From Rhizodiscina lignyota (Eukaryota), in the NCBI GenBank assembly GCA_010015805.1, contig ML978131.1, positions 496,001 to 560,000 of the forward strand: DNA of 64,000 bases, written 5' to 3'. Position numbers and translations under genes: made by a program. This document shows positions 12,866 to 24,378 of this stretch, in pieces. Under the pieces are notes generated by a model, which worked only from the letters and a program-made list of their open reading frames with translations, made no database searches and was not told the DNA's origin. How positions within the stretch are numbered: the stretch's first letter is position 1; the number at the start of each line of letters is the position of its first letter.

Positions 12866-14932
12866 ATGAGTTCGAATCCGGTAGCCGGTAGTTCAGCGGC
12901 ATCATCCTCCGCTCCGGTCAAACGTGCATGCGACAGGTATGTCTTTACTCCTTTGGAATTGGGAATTTGTAACCATTGTCCGCTTAGATTTTCCCTCGCA
13001 GTTGTCACCGGCGCAAAGTCAAATGTATCGGCGAAGGGTTGAAGCCTTGCAAAAACTGCATCTCAGCCGGCCTGACATGCACATACAACGCCATACCACA
13101 AAAGAAAGGGCCAAAAGGCAGCAGAGCAAAAGTTCTATCCGAGTTACGAGAGAATCAGAGGCAGTCGCAGCTGGTACCGAGTTCTTACGATCGTGGATTC
13201 GGCGCGCGAGCCGTCTCTCCAGCTCGAGCTAAAACGCCGGGACTGCTAACGACGGATGTAATAGAGGTATGCGTTGATTACTACTTCGCAACTGTCTACT
13301 CGACCCGGCCTATTCTCCATCAACAGGGCATTCAGAGCACGATTATGCACATGGAGCAGTCTGTTGAGGCGTACTGCCAGCTCGCGGCGCTTTGCGCATT
13401 CGTGCTACTCCAGCCGCACATGGTGCTCCCTCCCGATGTCGCGGCTCGAAATGAGAGTGGAGCTACCTCGAATTTGCAGCTGGCGATTATGCTTCTGGAG
13501 GAGGCGATCCGGGTGCGCAGGAATTACGATTTCATTGAGAACCCGACCCTTTTGAGCGTGTATACTTCGTTCTTCATCTTCGAATGCTACTTCTTCCTGG
13601 ATAAGCAGAACGCTGCTTGGGTCTATCTACGGCAGGCAATGACGCTGGCGCATATTATGGGCATGCACGACGAGGAAACCTACAAGACTGGAGACATGAT
13701 TGAGACTTCTCGAAAGAGAAGATTGTTTTGGCTGCTCTTCATTACGGAAAGGCATGTCATAGAGCAGTGAAGAGCCCCATTGCACTGAGCCAGAGTAGCT
13801 AACGTCATACAGAGCGTATGCATTCAAACGACATCGGCCGCTGACATTGTACAACACCATACATCTTCCTACAGTCGACGAAGACCCTTCAGACACAGTA
13901 GCCCTGACAGGATTTATTCATTTAATCAACCTCTATAAGCCTTTCGATGAAACCTTCTTTGGGCTCTGGAATCGAACAAGAGAGGGCGCCGTTCCCTCCT
14001 GGCTGGTCCAGTTGCAGAAACAACTTTCTGATGCTTTACCGACTTATCTCGACAGTACCGAGGTCCAAGCCGTAGATCTGAGAATGTCTCAGCAATGGTT
14101 GAAAACGATGGTGTGGCAGCTGGCAATTAGCCATGGTTTCATCTCGTCGATGGCTTCAGACAATACGCTGAGCTTTCGCTATCCGATAGAAATCTCCAGA
14201 GACCTGGTCGAGCTGTCAAATGAGTTTTCGCAGCACGCCATGGAAATCCACGGCATTGGACTGGTAAGATGGATCAGACACACCGCAAATTGGCACCAAC
14301 ATTTTGGTTGATATTTCCCACAGATCGAGAAGCTATTCGACGTGGCTTGCACGCTTATAGATGTCATGGCTTGTGTTCCACAGGCAACCTTGGCGCATGC
14401 GAGCAGTTTCGAAAACGGACCTCGAGATTATCTCAATCGCTTTATCCATCTCATCTCTACATTGCGAGGAGGCCAATCCCGTTATCTCCCATTACTCGTT
14501 AACAAAGTAAACGAAGTTCTTCCAGGACACGCGCTGTCGTTGCCACGCTCGCTTCAGACTCCTAGCCAAAGCTCTGCGTCTGGTCAACGCATGGACGAGC
14601 TTTACGAGTCTTCTGCTGGTTCAGCAAGCCAAGAAGCGACACCGTACGAGTCGCCGCCACCTCAGGCGCAACATGGCGGTCCCTTGAGTATCCGTCCTAA
14701 TCCTTCACATGTCCTAACTAATCCACACTCGAATTATTCGGTTCATTACGAAAACGCGCCTTCGCATGTCGCAGGTATGCCATCAGGGTATCCGTTGTTC
14801 CAAGCTTCGATGGGGTATCCGGATCTATCGTCAGGGGCTTCTCAGCATCAGGTGTCACAGGACGAAACTAATCCTATGTATTCAACTCATCTGCCACAGG
14901 GTGGTCAAGGAGGTAGAGGGTATGGTGAATGA
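12866..14932 (+). CDS. Zn(II)2Cys6 transcription factor, COL-26/BglR-like
   Basis: Intron 12937-13001 gives KRACDSCHRRKVKCIGEGLKPCKNCISAGLTCTYNAIPQKKGPKGSRAKVLSELRE, which I recognise as COL-26/BglR-type. Fungal TF middle domain (RKRRLFWLLFITER). Two further introns near 13750-13810 and 14264-14323. Confidence 0.85.
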
Positions 14933-17927
14933 CTATAGCTGGTATTCGCCGCCGTCTTACGGTCTCGATACGAACAGAAAATTTTCGAACTGGACGTTGA
15001 TCGAACGAAAGGAAGGTATCAGGGCATTGCTGCTATGTGTTTAGGTCGCTATAGCTGAAGCCTCAGAAGTAGCTCTCGACGAATGTTGGCGGATCTTCGA
15101 TTCGATTTCGATTCGAGGCGCGACGGGGCAAGAAGCGTGAACAGCACTGGCACTGGAAAATCGAAGTTTTCATGCTGACGAGGTTGTTGGCGAAGCGATG
15201 GGAAGATAGTACGAAGGTAAGTAAGCAATCCAACCACGATTAGCCCCAGGAGACAATCAGAATGACAAGAGCTAGTGAGCCCAAGGGCGTCTGCGAGACT
15301 TGTTGACTTGGTGAAGCATTCTTTCAAGGCACGAAGATCGTCAGGGACGAAGAATTTGCTCCTAGGAACAGAGTGCACGCCTGGTCGACGCAAGGAGATT
15401 TCACGACGGAAAAAATTGAGGCTTCAAATTTCCGCACACTTGGCGATTGGGAGCTCCCCCGAGTTCGAAGGGGCGAAGATCTAGGATTCACTGATTCAGG
15501 CTCCAGGTACCACCGAAAATGAAGCCGTAGTCGGACCGAATACTCTTCCTTCCAAATCATCTTTCTGGCTTAGTGTAGTTTCCGCGTGCATTCCGCCTTG
15601 ACGTGAGAGCTCCGAGCATGAGGTCATCGTCCGCAAACCGCGATGCTTTCGGACTATATTGCTCTATACATACGTGCCATGAGTTTGCGAATGCGAGGGC
15701 GCGGTGGCCTGATGTCGGCCGTTGGCCGTTGGTGTGGCAAGGCACGGAGCATGCCGTCTTGTCAGACCAGGCCAGGTGTCGTGCTTCTGCATTCGAGACG
15801 TCCATCACCGACTTGGAAGGCCACAACCGTCGCGCTTGTCTTCTTACGCGATTGGGCCACAGTGGCTCGCTTCTATCGTGCCTTGCGTCTGAATCGCCTG
15901 TGAACCTCGTCGTTTATCTCTGATACTGACCACGTCTCCTCCCATTGACCAAGACTGGAAGCCGTCCAGGCGAGATGAGCCAGTCAAATGAGCCCGGGAG
16001 AACTCAGATGTGTATCTCGACACGTGCAATCTGGGGAAGCCAATCTCACGACTAGGTGACCCCCGAAAAAGCTTCTGCACCTTGGCTCAATCGCCGGAAT
16101 CTCGCAAAAGTCGATCCTGACCCTTTATAGAACCGACTGCCTCATAAACATGCAAGCCTGTCAAACCTCTCGCGCCTCGCGCGTGGTGTCGCTCGTCCGC
16201 ACCGCCGCTTTAAGCTCCTCTACATGAAGCATTACCGAGTGGCTGTCCAGCGCCGTTGCATGGCGGGACGCCTTCGACGCTTGTCATTAGGCCCCGCACA
16301 CCGTTTTCTGGCGCTCTTCCCTCCACCGGGCCAACATCTAAGACAGATCTCATCGTCTTACGCACGCGTTTGACGTGCAATTGTGTAATCGGCTGGGCAG
16401 CTGTGCACATGCAGGACCCTGTCGAAAGCGTGGAAGCTCTGACAACCCTGGAACCAGATATCTACAAGACCCAACCGACAAGTCAAACGCCGCCGGGCTG
16501 CAGCTCCCGCCATGCTGGCATGCACGATTAATTGACACATGGGTGTCCCACCTTGCTGCACGGCAGCGTCCAGGGTCCATACGTTCGTGCCATTACCTCT
16601 ATGGATAAGGTCACCTCGTCGATCGGCGTCGCCTAGACGCGTTACGCGTTGCCGATGCTAAGGGCTTGATGACTCTATGTGCCGTGACGCAGACGGCTAG
16701 CTTTCATGGGTAGCACTTTGGTTCCAACCACGCCGGCTTCGGTGTCCTTCGGCACGGGACGGGGAGAGCTCTTCCCCCCAAAACGCGAGACGCCTGTAAC
16801 GTGGTAGATTAGCGGTTATAGCGGTCCGGTGGGTTGCAGGTTTCCTGTCTGGAACCTGTGGTCACTGTATCTGGCAAAGCACTCGTAAAGTATTACTGCA
16901 ACTGTCACGGTAGGCTGTGGTTCCGCGGATGTTTATGCCCGCCAAGGCAAACCGTAACCGCTACGGACGTACGAAGACAATTTCAACCCAAGCTGAGACA
17001 TGCCCGTAATTGAGGACGGCAGGCAAGCTTGAGGCTGGATTCGCGGACGCAGAACGACAATCGTTCCTACGAATTTTGCGGCTAGAAGTCGCCGAGAAAG
17101 CACCGTTACTAGCAGGGACGAAGGGAATGACAGGTGCGAGAAGGCCACAAGGGTTTTACGAAAATTTGCCATTTCAAGGAAGAGAGGTAGCAAAATTGAC
17201 CGGTGAATTGGTAGCAAATAACACGCTTCCCGTACGTGGTTAGACTATATATGCTTCATCCGTTGATCCTCGTCGTCACCAGGGAGTGACTTGGCAACCT
17301 AAACACTATAATTTCCTGAGGAGGCATTGCGGGCGATGGACTGAGAGATAGGTACCTAGGCTCTAGCACAACTGAAAAGGAAGCTCCAGAATGATTACCT
17401 GATATCCGAAGCGCTTACGTACAACATAAGCCTTCGGCGAGTCGGCGACTACGATATCTTGGGTTCGGAATTTCCGGCGCGAAGGAAGATACCGGTCAGT
17501 TTCATCTCGAGTAGGCTTTATTGACTACCGAGATCGACAGTTTCAAAAAGTTTTATTTTCGTTCTTCCCTTAACCCTGCCAGTCAAAAACATTCAGCATT
17601 TTCCTAGGAAGCTTCAGAGCGACCTCGCAACTCGAACCTGAGCTTACCGAAAACGCCGAATACGGGAGAACTGCAGGAAGAATCTCCATGAAGGTGTGAT
17701 GTGCAGTATGGAACCAGGAGACCTTGCTTACATACATGAGGATCTACCAAGCTCAAGGACCCAGGTCTAGAATAACCAGAGAAGAAAGAAATATCGAAGA
17801 TCTTGAAGTGCTCGAACGCTCACTACCAATCAAAAGTCCACCCAGGCAGGCAATTCAATGCCCTCTTGTGAAAATGTGTCAGCCCTCAAGAGAGGGGACG
17901 AAAAGTCACGGAATGGCTGGACCGAGC

Positions 17928-19853
17928 CTATGAGTCTGTAATCTTTTGGGTATCGACATTTGCTGCTTTCCCATCTCCAGGATCATCCGCATTGCTGGAT
18001 TTCGAGGGTGGACTCGAAGAGGCGGCACCGGCTGCCGCTTCCGCTTCTTCTTCTTCACGCTCAGCTTCCAAGTCGCCGTCGTCATCAGGTGAGAATGCCT
18101 CTTTCTCGGCTTCGGGGGCCGCTGCGTCGTCCGGCTTTTTGGCGTAGATGAAAATACTGCGGACGGGTACTGTTAGCCGGAACAGATTGCAAACAAGCCA
18201 CAGTTACACAGCATAGGATGACATGCAGAACTCACATCGGCATGTAAAAGTGACTTTTCTGCTCATGCAGCTCCCTCCGGACCTCCATCAAGAACACCTC
18301 AACGCGCTCCTTGCTCCACCCGAGCATGCGCGTAAACAGCGCCAGTGATCCGCCCTGCAGCCCCTCCAAGATGTTCTCGAGCGTCCATTTCCCCAGCGTC
18401 TTGTTCATCTTGCCTTTCGCCCAGGGCCCGAGCGGCCACTTGAACTTGCGCCCCGTGATGCCGACGAAGCCCGCCTGTCGCAGCGGAGTCGCGAAGTCGT
18501 TGGCCTGAGTTGGGTTTAGGCCGGCCTTTGTGCCGGCTTCGATGAACAACTTGAACCATTCTGCCATTGGCGAGGTGGGCGGCGCGCTGCCGTCGTCGCA
18601 GCGCCCGGGGAAGACGACGTCTTGTAGCTCGATGATGCCGCCGGGTTTGAGTGCACTGTGTAGACGTGAGCATCTATGTGTAGCTCGTTATGTGGTGGTA
18701 TGCTCACTCGTATGCTTGCTGCAAGAACCTTGGCCAGTTTTTCGTTCCTGCTACCATGGCACGTGAGTGGATGTAGTCGAACTGGTGGTCGTAGTTCCAT
18801 TCTGCTTCAACGTTGTCGACGAGGAAACTGCAGTTTGGCGGTACTCTGATAGTTCAGTTGCTGCCAATTACGCATAACGGGGTCTGTGAATGCTTACTCG
18901 AGAGGCTGTATGGGGCTACGCAATCATCAGCATATTACCAGATAAGAATAGAGTTCGGGCAAGGTATATACCTGAGATCAATTCCAAGAACTCTTGACGA
19001 TGGGTATTCGTCCGCGAAATCCTTTTCCTGTCAGTGCTTTCCTGAAGATACTATATTTAGAACAAGGCGTACAATTGCCCACATGCCTACAAGGTACAGT
19101 TAGAAAGTAAATACGCTTTAGAGCTGAAGACAGTAATACCAGTTCCGCAGCCGACATCTAGGACTTCCTGTATGTCCTTTGACAATGGCGCAAGATGGAG
19201 CTTGCCACCTATCGTTAATCTGAACTCATGGTGTTGGAGGTCTATTCAAATCATCAATGGACGTCATAGTGATCTATGTGAATTGATATCTTACTTAACC
19301 GATCGGCTTCGATCTTGACGAGTGCAAAACGCGTTAGTGAACACTGCAGAATGGCAATCTGGGTCGCGTGGGACGAACTTCATCGTTTGGGAGATGGTAC
19401 ATGCCATCCTCATAGGCGTGGTACCTCCTGTACGCGTTCAGTCGAGGCCAATCCAGGCGGGGTCCTTTGGGAATGAGTTCACCTTCCATGCTCGTAGCGA
19501 TAATCGAACGTCGACGGCGTGAGAGATTGGGTCGTGCTGTCGGAGATGAGCGCCCTGGGTGATACTTCGAATGTTATTGGAATAGACTCACGACGCCGAA
19601 TCACTTCCAATCGCCGAGTCCGTTTCGAAGCGACTTGATGACTGGCGACCGTTAGCAAAGTGAATTCGCAGAAGAAACGCGTCGCTCTGAAGTCGTCTTG
19701 CACGTGGAGGACATTGGCACGGCACGGCCCGTATCCACCTGCAGAATCGTGTTGCTTTTCGCAAAAGCAAATCGGTGGTTCGCGAGATGGACTTACATCT
19801 GCCTCGAGTGATTCCCCACTGGATATGGCGTCCGCCGCCGTCGAGTCCGCCAT
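17928..19853 (-). CDS. SAM-dependent methyltransferase, LaeA/Tam-like, intron-rich, with acidic C-terminal extension
   Basis: Minus-strand exons give [33 protein letters not shown] and LFTRMLGWS. The last exon reads IFIYAKKP...TDS* with the stop at 17928. Confidence 0.82.
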
Positions 19854-20292
19854 CGTTCACGGCATCTCAGAGAATTTTGAAGCTCGATTATCCGAGGTGC
19901 AAGATTTAGGGATGAAATTGTGGCTTTATGCAGGGGACTGAATCAGGTATCACAGTCACGTGCGGTCAGCGGAGGTGGGTCAGAGATGTGGCACAGTATG
20001 TTAGGGTCAATATTAGGTAACCAAGGTTGAGTTGAACTTTTGTCATTGCTAGAACTGCCTAACAAACCCCATCGTGAGAAAATTAAAGGCTGGAATACAG
20101 GCAAGAAGGAGTAGACCACTCTCGACCCGTCAAAGGCGCCTAGTATATCTAGCTACAACGAACAAGCATTATTCGTCGAAAATTTTGTCTTCCACCGAGC
20201 CCATGCACATCTCTGAAAAGTCCCCAAAAAGACGATTGCACCGAGAGGATATCATAACGCCGAACCAAGATCTACCAGGAAGGTTGGAACGT

Positions 20293-22404
20293 TTAGTCGA
20301 CCTCTTCCATGGCGCTCTCAGTAGGCTCAGTTGAGGCTGGCTCGGCCTCGGCGTTGTCCTCCGCTGCCTCGACATCCTCGTCGATGTTGAGACCAAGAGA
20401 CACGAGCTTGTTGACACGCTCGGCGAACTGAACGGGCTCATCGATCGTAAAGCCAGAGACAAGAAGAGAGGTCTCAAACAGGATCTGGGTGATCGACTTG
20501 ACTGCGCGGTCATCCTCGCCGTCGGTCTCGACCTTCTTCTTGAGCTCCTTGATGATGGGATGCTTGGGCGAGATCTCGAAGGTCTTCTTGGAGCTCATGT
20601 ATGAGCTCATGGAGGTGTCACGCAGGGCCTGGGCCTTCATGATACGCTCCATGTTGGCGGACCAGCCGAACTGGCCCGTGCGGATAGCGCAAGGCGAGCC
20701 AATCAGCTTGTGTGAAACAATAACCTTCTCAACCTTGTCACCGAGAACGTTCTTGAGCGACTTGGCAAGGCCTTCATACTCCTTCTCCTCAGCCTCACGT
20801 GCCTTCTTCTCATCCTCGGTCTCCTCGAGTTCGAAGTCCTTGGTGATATCGACAAGCTTCTTGCCCTCGAATTCCTTGAGCTGAGTGAACGCGTACTCGT
20901 CGATGGGATCAACGAGGAAGAGGACCTCGAAGTTCTTCTCCTTGAGCGAGTCGAGGAAGGGTGACTTGACAACAGCAGCCAAGGATTCTCCAGTGATGTA
21001 GTACATCTGCTTCTGGTGCTCTGGCATGCGAGTAACGTAGTCGGAAAGGGAAGTGATCTCATCACCTGACTTAGTGGACTTGAAGCGCAGGAGCTTGGCG
21101 AGCGACTGGCGGTTCTGGGAGTCCTCGTGGATACCAAGCTTGATGTTCTTGGCGAAGGCAGAGTAGAACTTGTCGAACTGCTCGCGGTCCTCGGCAATCT
21201 CGTTGAAGAGCTCGAGAGTCTTCTTAACGATGTTCTTGCGGATGACCTTCATGATCTTGTTCTGCTGAAGGGTCTCACGAGAAAGGTTGAGCGGAAGATC
21301 CTCAGAGTCAACAACACCCTTGACGAAGCCGAGCCACTCAGGAATGAGATCTGTGGCATCGTCGGTGATGAACACACGACGGACGTACAGCTTAATGTTG
21401 TTCTTCGTCTTCTTAGTCTCAAAGAGGTCGAACGGAGCGCGCTTGGGAACGAAGAGAATGGCGCGGAATTCGAGCTGACCCTCAACAGAAAAGTGCTTGA
21501 CTGCCAGGTGGTCTTCCCAATCGTTGGAGAGAGTCTTGTAGAAGGATGCGTACTCCTCCTGGGTGATGTCCTGAGGGTTACGCGTCCAGATGGGCTTGGT
21601 CTTATTGAGCTCCTCCTCCTCGATCTTGCTCTCTTTGATCTTCTTGGTCTTCTTCTCCTTCTTCTCCTCATCCTCGTCAACCTCTTCGACTTTGGGCTTC
21701 TTCTCCTCGTCTTCCTCATCCTTGGTCTCCTCCTCAGCATCCTCATCAGGCACCTCCTTCTCAGTCTCCTTCAAGACATGGAGGTAGATGGGGTAGGAGA
21801 TAAACTCGGAGTGCTTCTTGACCACATCCTTGATGCGGCTTTCGTTGAGGTAATCAGTCTGCTCATCCTTGAGGTGGAGGATCATCTTGGTACCACGGCC
21901 AAGAGGCTCGCCCTCGGTGTCTTCGCTGATTGTGAATGTACCACCAGCGCTCGACTCCCAGATGTACTGCTCGTCATCATTGTGCTTCGAGATGACTGTG
22001 ACCTTGTCGGCAACGAGGTATGCAGAGTAGAAACCAACACCAAATTGGCCAATCATGGAGATATCAGCACCAGCGGTGAGCGCCTCCATGAACTGCTTTG
22101 TGCCAGAGCGGGCAATGGTACCAAGGTTGTTGACCAAGTCGGCCTTGGTCATGCCGATACCAGTATCACGAATAGTCAGCGTCTTGCCCTCCTTGTCGGG
22201 GATGATGTCGATGCGGAGGTCCTTGCCGCTGTCGAGCTTGCTAGGGTCGGAGAGAGCCTCATAGCGGATCTTGTCTAACGCATCGGAGGCGTTTGAGATG
22301 AGTTCCCGCAAGAAGATCTCCTTGTTTGAGTAGACGGTGTTGATGATGAGGGAGAGCAGCTGAGAAATCTCAGCCTGGAATTCGAAGGACTCTGCAGGAG
22401 CCAT
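20293..22404 (-). CDS. HSP90: Cytosolic heat shock protein 90
   Basis: [52 protein letters not shown] and C-terminal MEEVD. ATG at 22404. A 5'-UTR intron lies at 22441-22584 (GTAAGT...CTAAT...CAG). Confidence 0.99.
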   Translation of the reverse strand: MAPAESFEFQAEISQLLSLIINTVYSNKEIFLRELISNASDALDKIRYEALSDPSKLDSGKDLRIDIIPDKEGKTLTIRDTGIGMTKADLVNNLGTIARSGTKQFMEALTAGADISMIGQFGVGFYSAYLVADKVTVISKHNDDEQYIWESSAGGTFTISEDTEGEPLGRGTKMILHLKDEQTDYLNESRIKDVVKKHSEFISYPIYLHVLKETEKEVPDEDAEEETKDEEDEEKKPKVEEVDEDEEKKEKKTKKIKESKIEEEELNKTKPIWTRNPQDITQEEYASFYKTLSNDWEDHLAVKHFSVEGQLEFRAILFVPKRAPFDLFETKKTKNNIKLYVRRVFITDDATDLIPEWLGFVKGVVDSEDLPLNLSRETLQQNKIMKVIRKNIVKKTLELFNEIAEDREQFDKFYSAFAKNIKLGIHEDSQNRQSLAKLLRFKSTKSGDEITSLSDYVTRMPEHQKQMYYITGESLAAVVKSPFLDSLKEKNFEVLFLVDPIDEYAFTQLKEFEGKKLVDITKDFELEETEDEKKAREAEEKEYEGLAKSLKNVLGDKVEKVIVSHKLIGSPCAIRTGQFGWSANMERIMKAQALRDTSMSSYMSSKKTFEISPKHPIIKELKKKVETDGEDDRAVKSITQILFETSLLVSGFTIDEPVQFAERVNKLVSLGLNIDEDVEAAEDNAEAEPASTEPTESAMEEVD

Positions 22405-22736
22405 TGTGAATGTAGTGGTAGATGGTATGAGGTACGATGTCTGAGTGATGAAATTAGTCAATAACGTTCAAAGGGTTTGAGTTGAGGTCTGGCTTCGAGG
22501 TGCGCAAACACTTGTCGGTGGGTGCAAGGCAGTGATGCCAGTGAAGCTTCAAGGCGGAGCTGCGTTTGGAGAAAGGAAACTTACTTAGGAGTACGCGAAG
22601 GTGTATGGGGTATCAAGGCGCAGAAATTTGGCGCAAGAGCTTGTGCAGAGAGCTCAAGATATAGAGGAGGGGGAGCTTGAAGTTGTGGAAGCAGAAATTT
22701 GCAGGTGGTGGAGCGGTTGCTGGGGCTTTTGTAGAT

Positions 22737-22904
22737 GGAAGCTCGAAGAAACATTTGCCTTAGCGTAGCCTCACCGCACCCCTGTCCCCCAGCCCAGCGA
22801 AGCTTCTAGCTCTCCCAGCCAACGATTTTCCGCTCCGAAAAGCCTCATCCACCAGGCAACGCGACGAGGCTGAACGAATTGGACTTTTCGAGTATCTTCT
22901 TGAA
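22737..22904. promoter_or_regulatory. Heat-shock-element-like nGAAn inverted repeats in the HSP90/ATP16 divergent promoter
   Basis: GAAgcTTCtaG at 22799-22809, TTCttGAA at 22897-22904, and further GAA units at 22738-22750, all upstream of HSP90. Confidence 0.5.
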
Positions 22905-23146
22905 GGTGTGGGGCGGCTGCCTTGCGAAAGCTCCTGCGGACTCTCGCATTTGCTTTGCATTGACTGTATTTCGTGATGCCAATTCACATGATCGTGCAAA
23001 ACTCCGCCGTGGCAGCGGAAGCACGTGATCGCTCCGCTAGCTCCATGTCTTGGCATTTCGCATCCCGGTCTTTGCTCTTCGGGACTGGCATCGCTGAGCG
23101 TCTTCAAATTCAACGCCATTGAATCTTCAATACTCAATCAACAGCC

Positions 23147-23972
23147 ATGAGCTCCTTCCGCATAGCTAGGGCAGCTCTCAGAGCGCGCCCCTCGGCCTTC
23201 CGCGCCCCCATGCTGCGACGCGGCTACGCCGACGTAGCTTCGGACAAGATCCAGCTCACCCTCGCGCTTCCACACCAGGTATGATATTGACCATTGAGCT
23301 GATGTGTGCGGCTCCATGCCTGCACACGGATACAGTTTGTTGTATCTGGGTGTATGCAATTGGTAAAGCTAACTTGTGTGTCCGACAGTCCGTCTACAAA
23401 TCAACCGATGTGTAAATCCTCCTTACCAGTGCCTACTCAACCTCCACTCACGTATCGCAGTGTGCAAGTGAACATTCCCGCCGAATCCGGAGAGATGGGT
23501 GTTCTCGCAAGTCACGTTCCTTCGATCGAACAACTGAAGCCTGGCCTTGTCGAAGTCATCGAGGAGAGCGGCAGCAAACAATTTTTCTGTACGTCAAAGC
23601 GGAGATACGCTAGGCGCAGCGGTACAGGAAACATTACTTACAATGAGTAGTGTCAGGGGGTTTCGCGGTCGTCCAGCCCGGCTCTTTGCTCAGCATCAAC
23701 GCTGTCGAGGGTTACCCGCTCGAGGACTTCAATGCCGAAGTAAGCAGTCGAGTTTTGAGAGATTAACTTGACAATCCACTAACCATATGGATTGAAGGCT
23801 GTAAGGAATCAGATTGCGGAAGCTCAAAAGATTGCTAGCGGAAGCGGAAGCGAGCAGGACATTGCTGAGGCAAAGATTGAGCTAGAGGTAAGAGATCACT
23901 CCCATTTCGGTACTCCTGGCCTCATCTAACGTATAAAAGGTTCTCGAGAGTCTTCAAGCTGCGATGAAGTAG
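23147..23972 (+). CDS. ATP16: Mitochondrial F1 ATP synthase delta subunit (6 exons)
   Basis: Spliced product: presequence MSSFRIARAALRAR...RRGYA, then VQVNIPAESGEMGVLASHVPSIEQLKPG, SGGFAVVQP and EAKIELEVLESLQAAMK*. Confidence 0.95.
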
Positions 23973-24378
23973 ATCTGTACATAGATTTGGGTGACCAGGG
24001 TTCATATTGTAGCAATAGCGGGCTTTAGTGCCAAAATCAAAAAGGAAAGTGCTCCTCCTTTGCAAATGCCTAGTCTCAACTGTCAAATATAGAAGGCTCG
24101 TTGAAGAATGTCCAGACAGTCTCGTTTACTTTCCCTTCTAATCACAGTTCACACCTGGCGGCGACAGATACTTCTAACGCATTCCTATCGCTTGCTTTTA
24201 GGCAGGCCGACAGCATTGCAACATACAGCGTCGTAACCATTCTGGCCTCATCAAAATTTAGAATCGATCTTCTCATCCCTTCAACCTTGAATGTCGAGCC
24301 CCCTCCAATATTATGCATGAACTTCCATTTCGCTCAAAGCATCCTATTCTGCAACCGTAGCCCATCTCGCTAAAGGCA

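Noticed and set aside
12868..12882. GTTCGAATCC tRNA B-box-like word (also GGTTCAAGCC near 54599 and GGTTCGAG near 59155)
   Set aside because: No cloverleaf or A-box. The first lies inside a CDS.
17565..17580. CCCTTAACCCTG as a possible telomerase RNA template in the 3-kb gap
   Set aside because: It does not match the TAACCCTAA template expected for TTAGGG repeats.
21127..22278. 383-aa antisense ORF and other ORFs overlapping HSP90
   Set aside because: Expected by-product of strong codon bias in a highly expressed gene.
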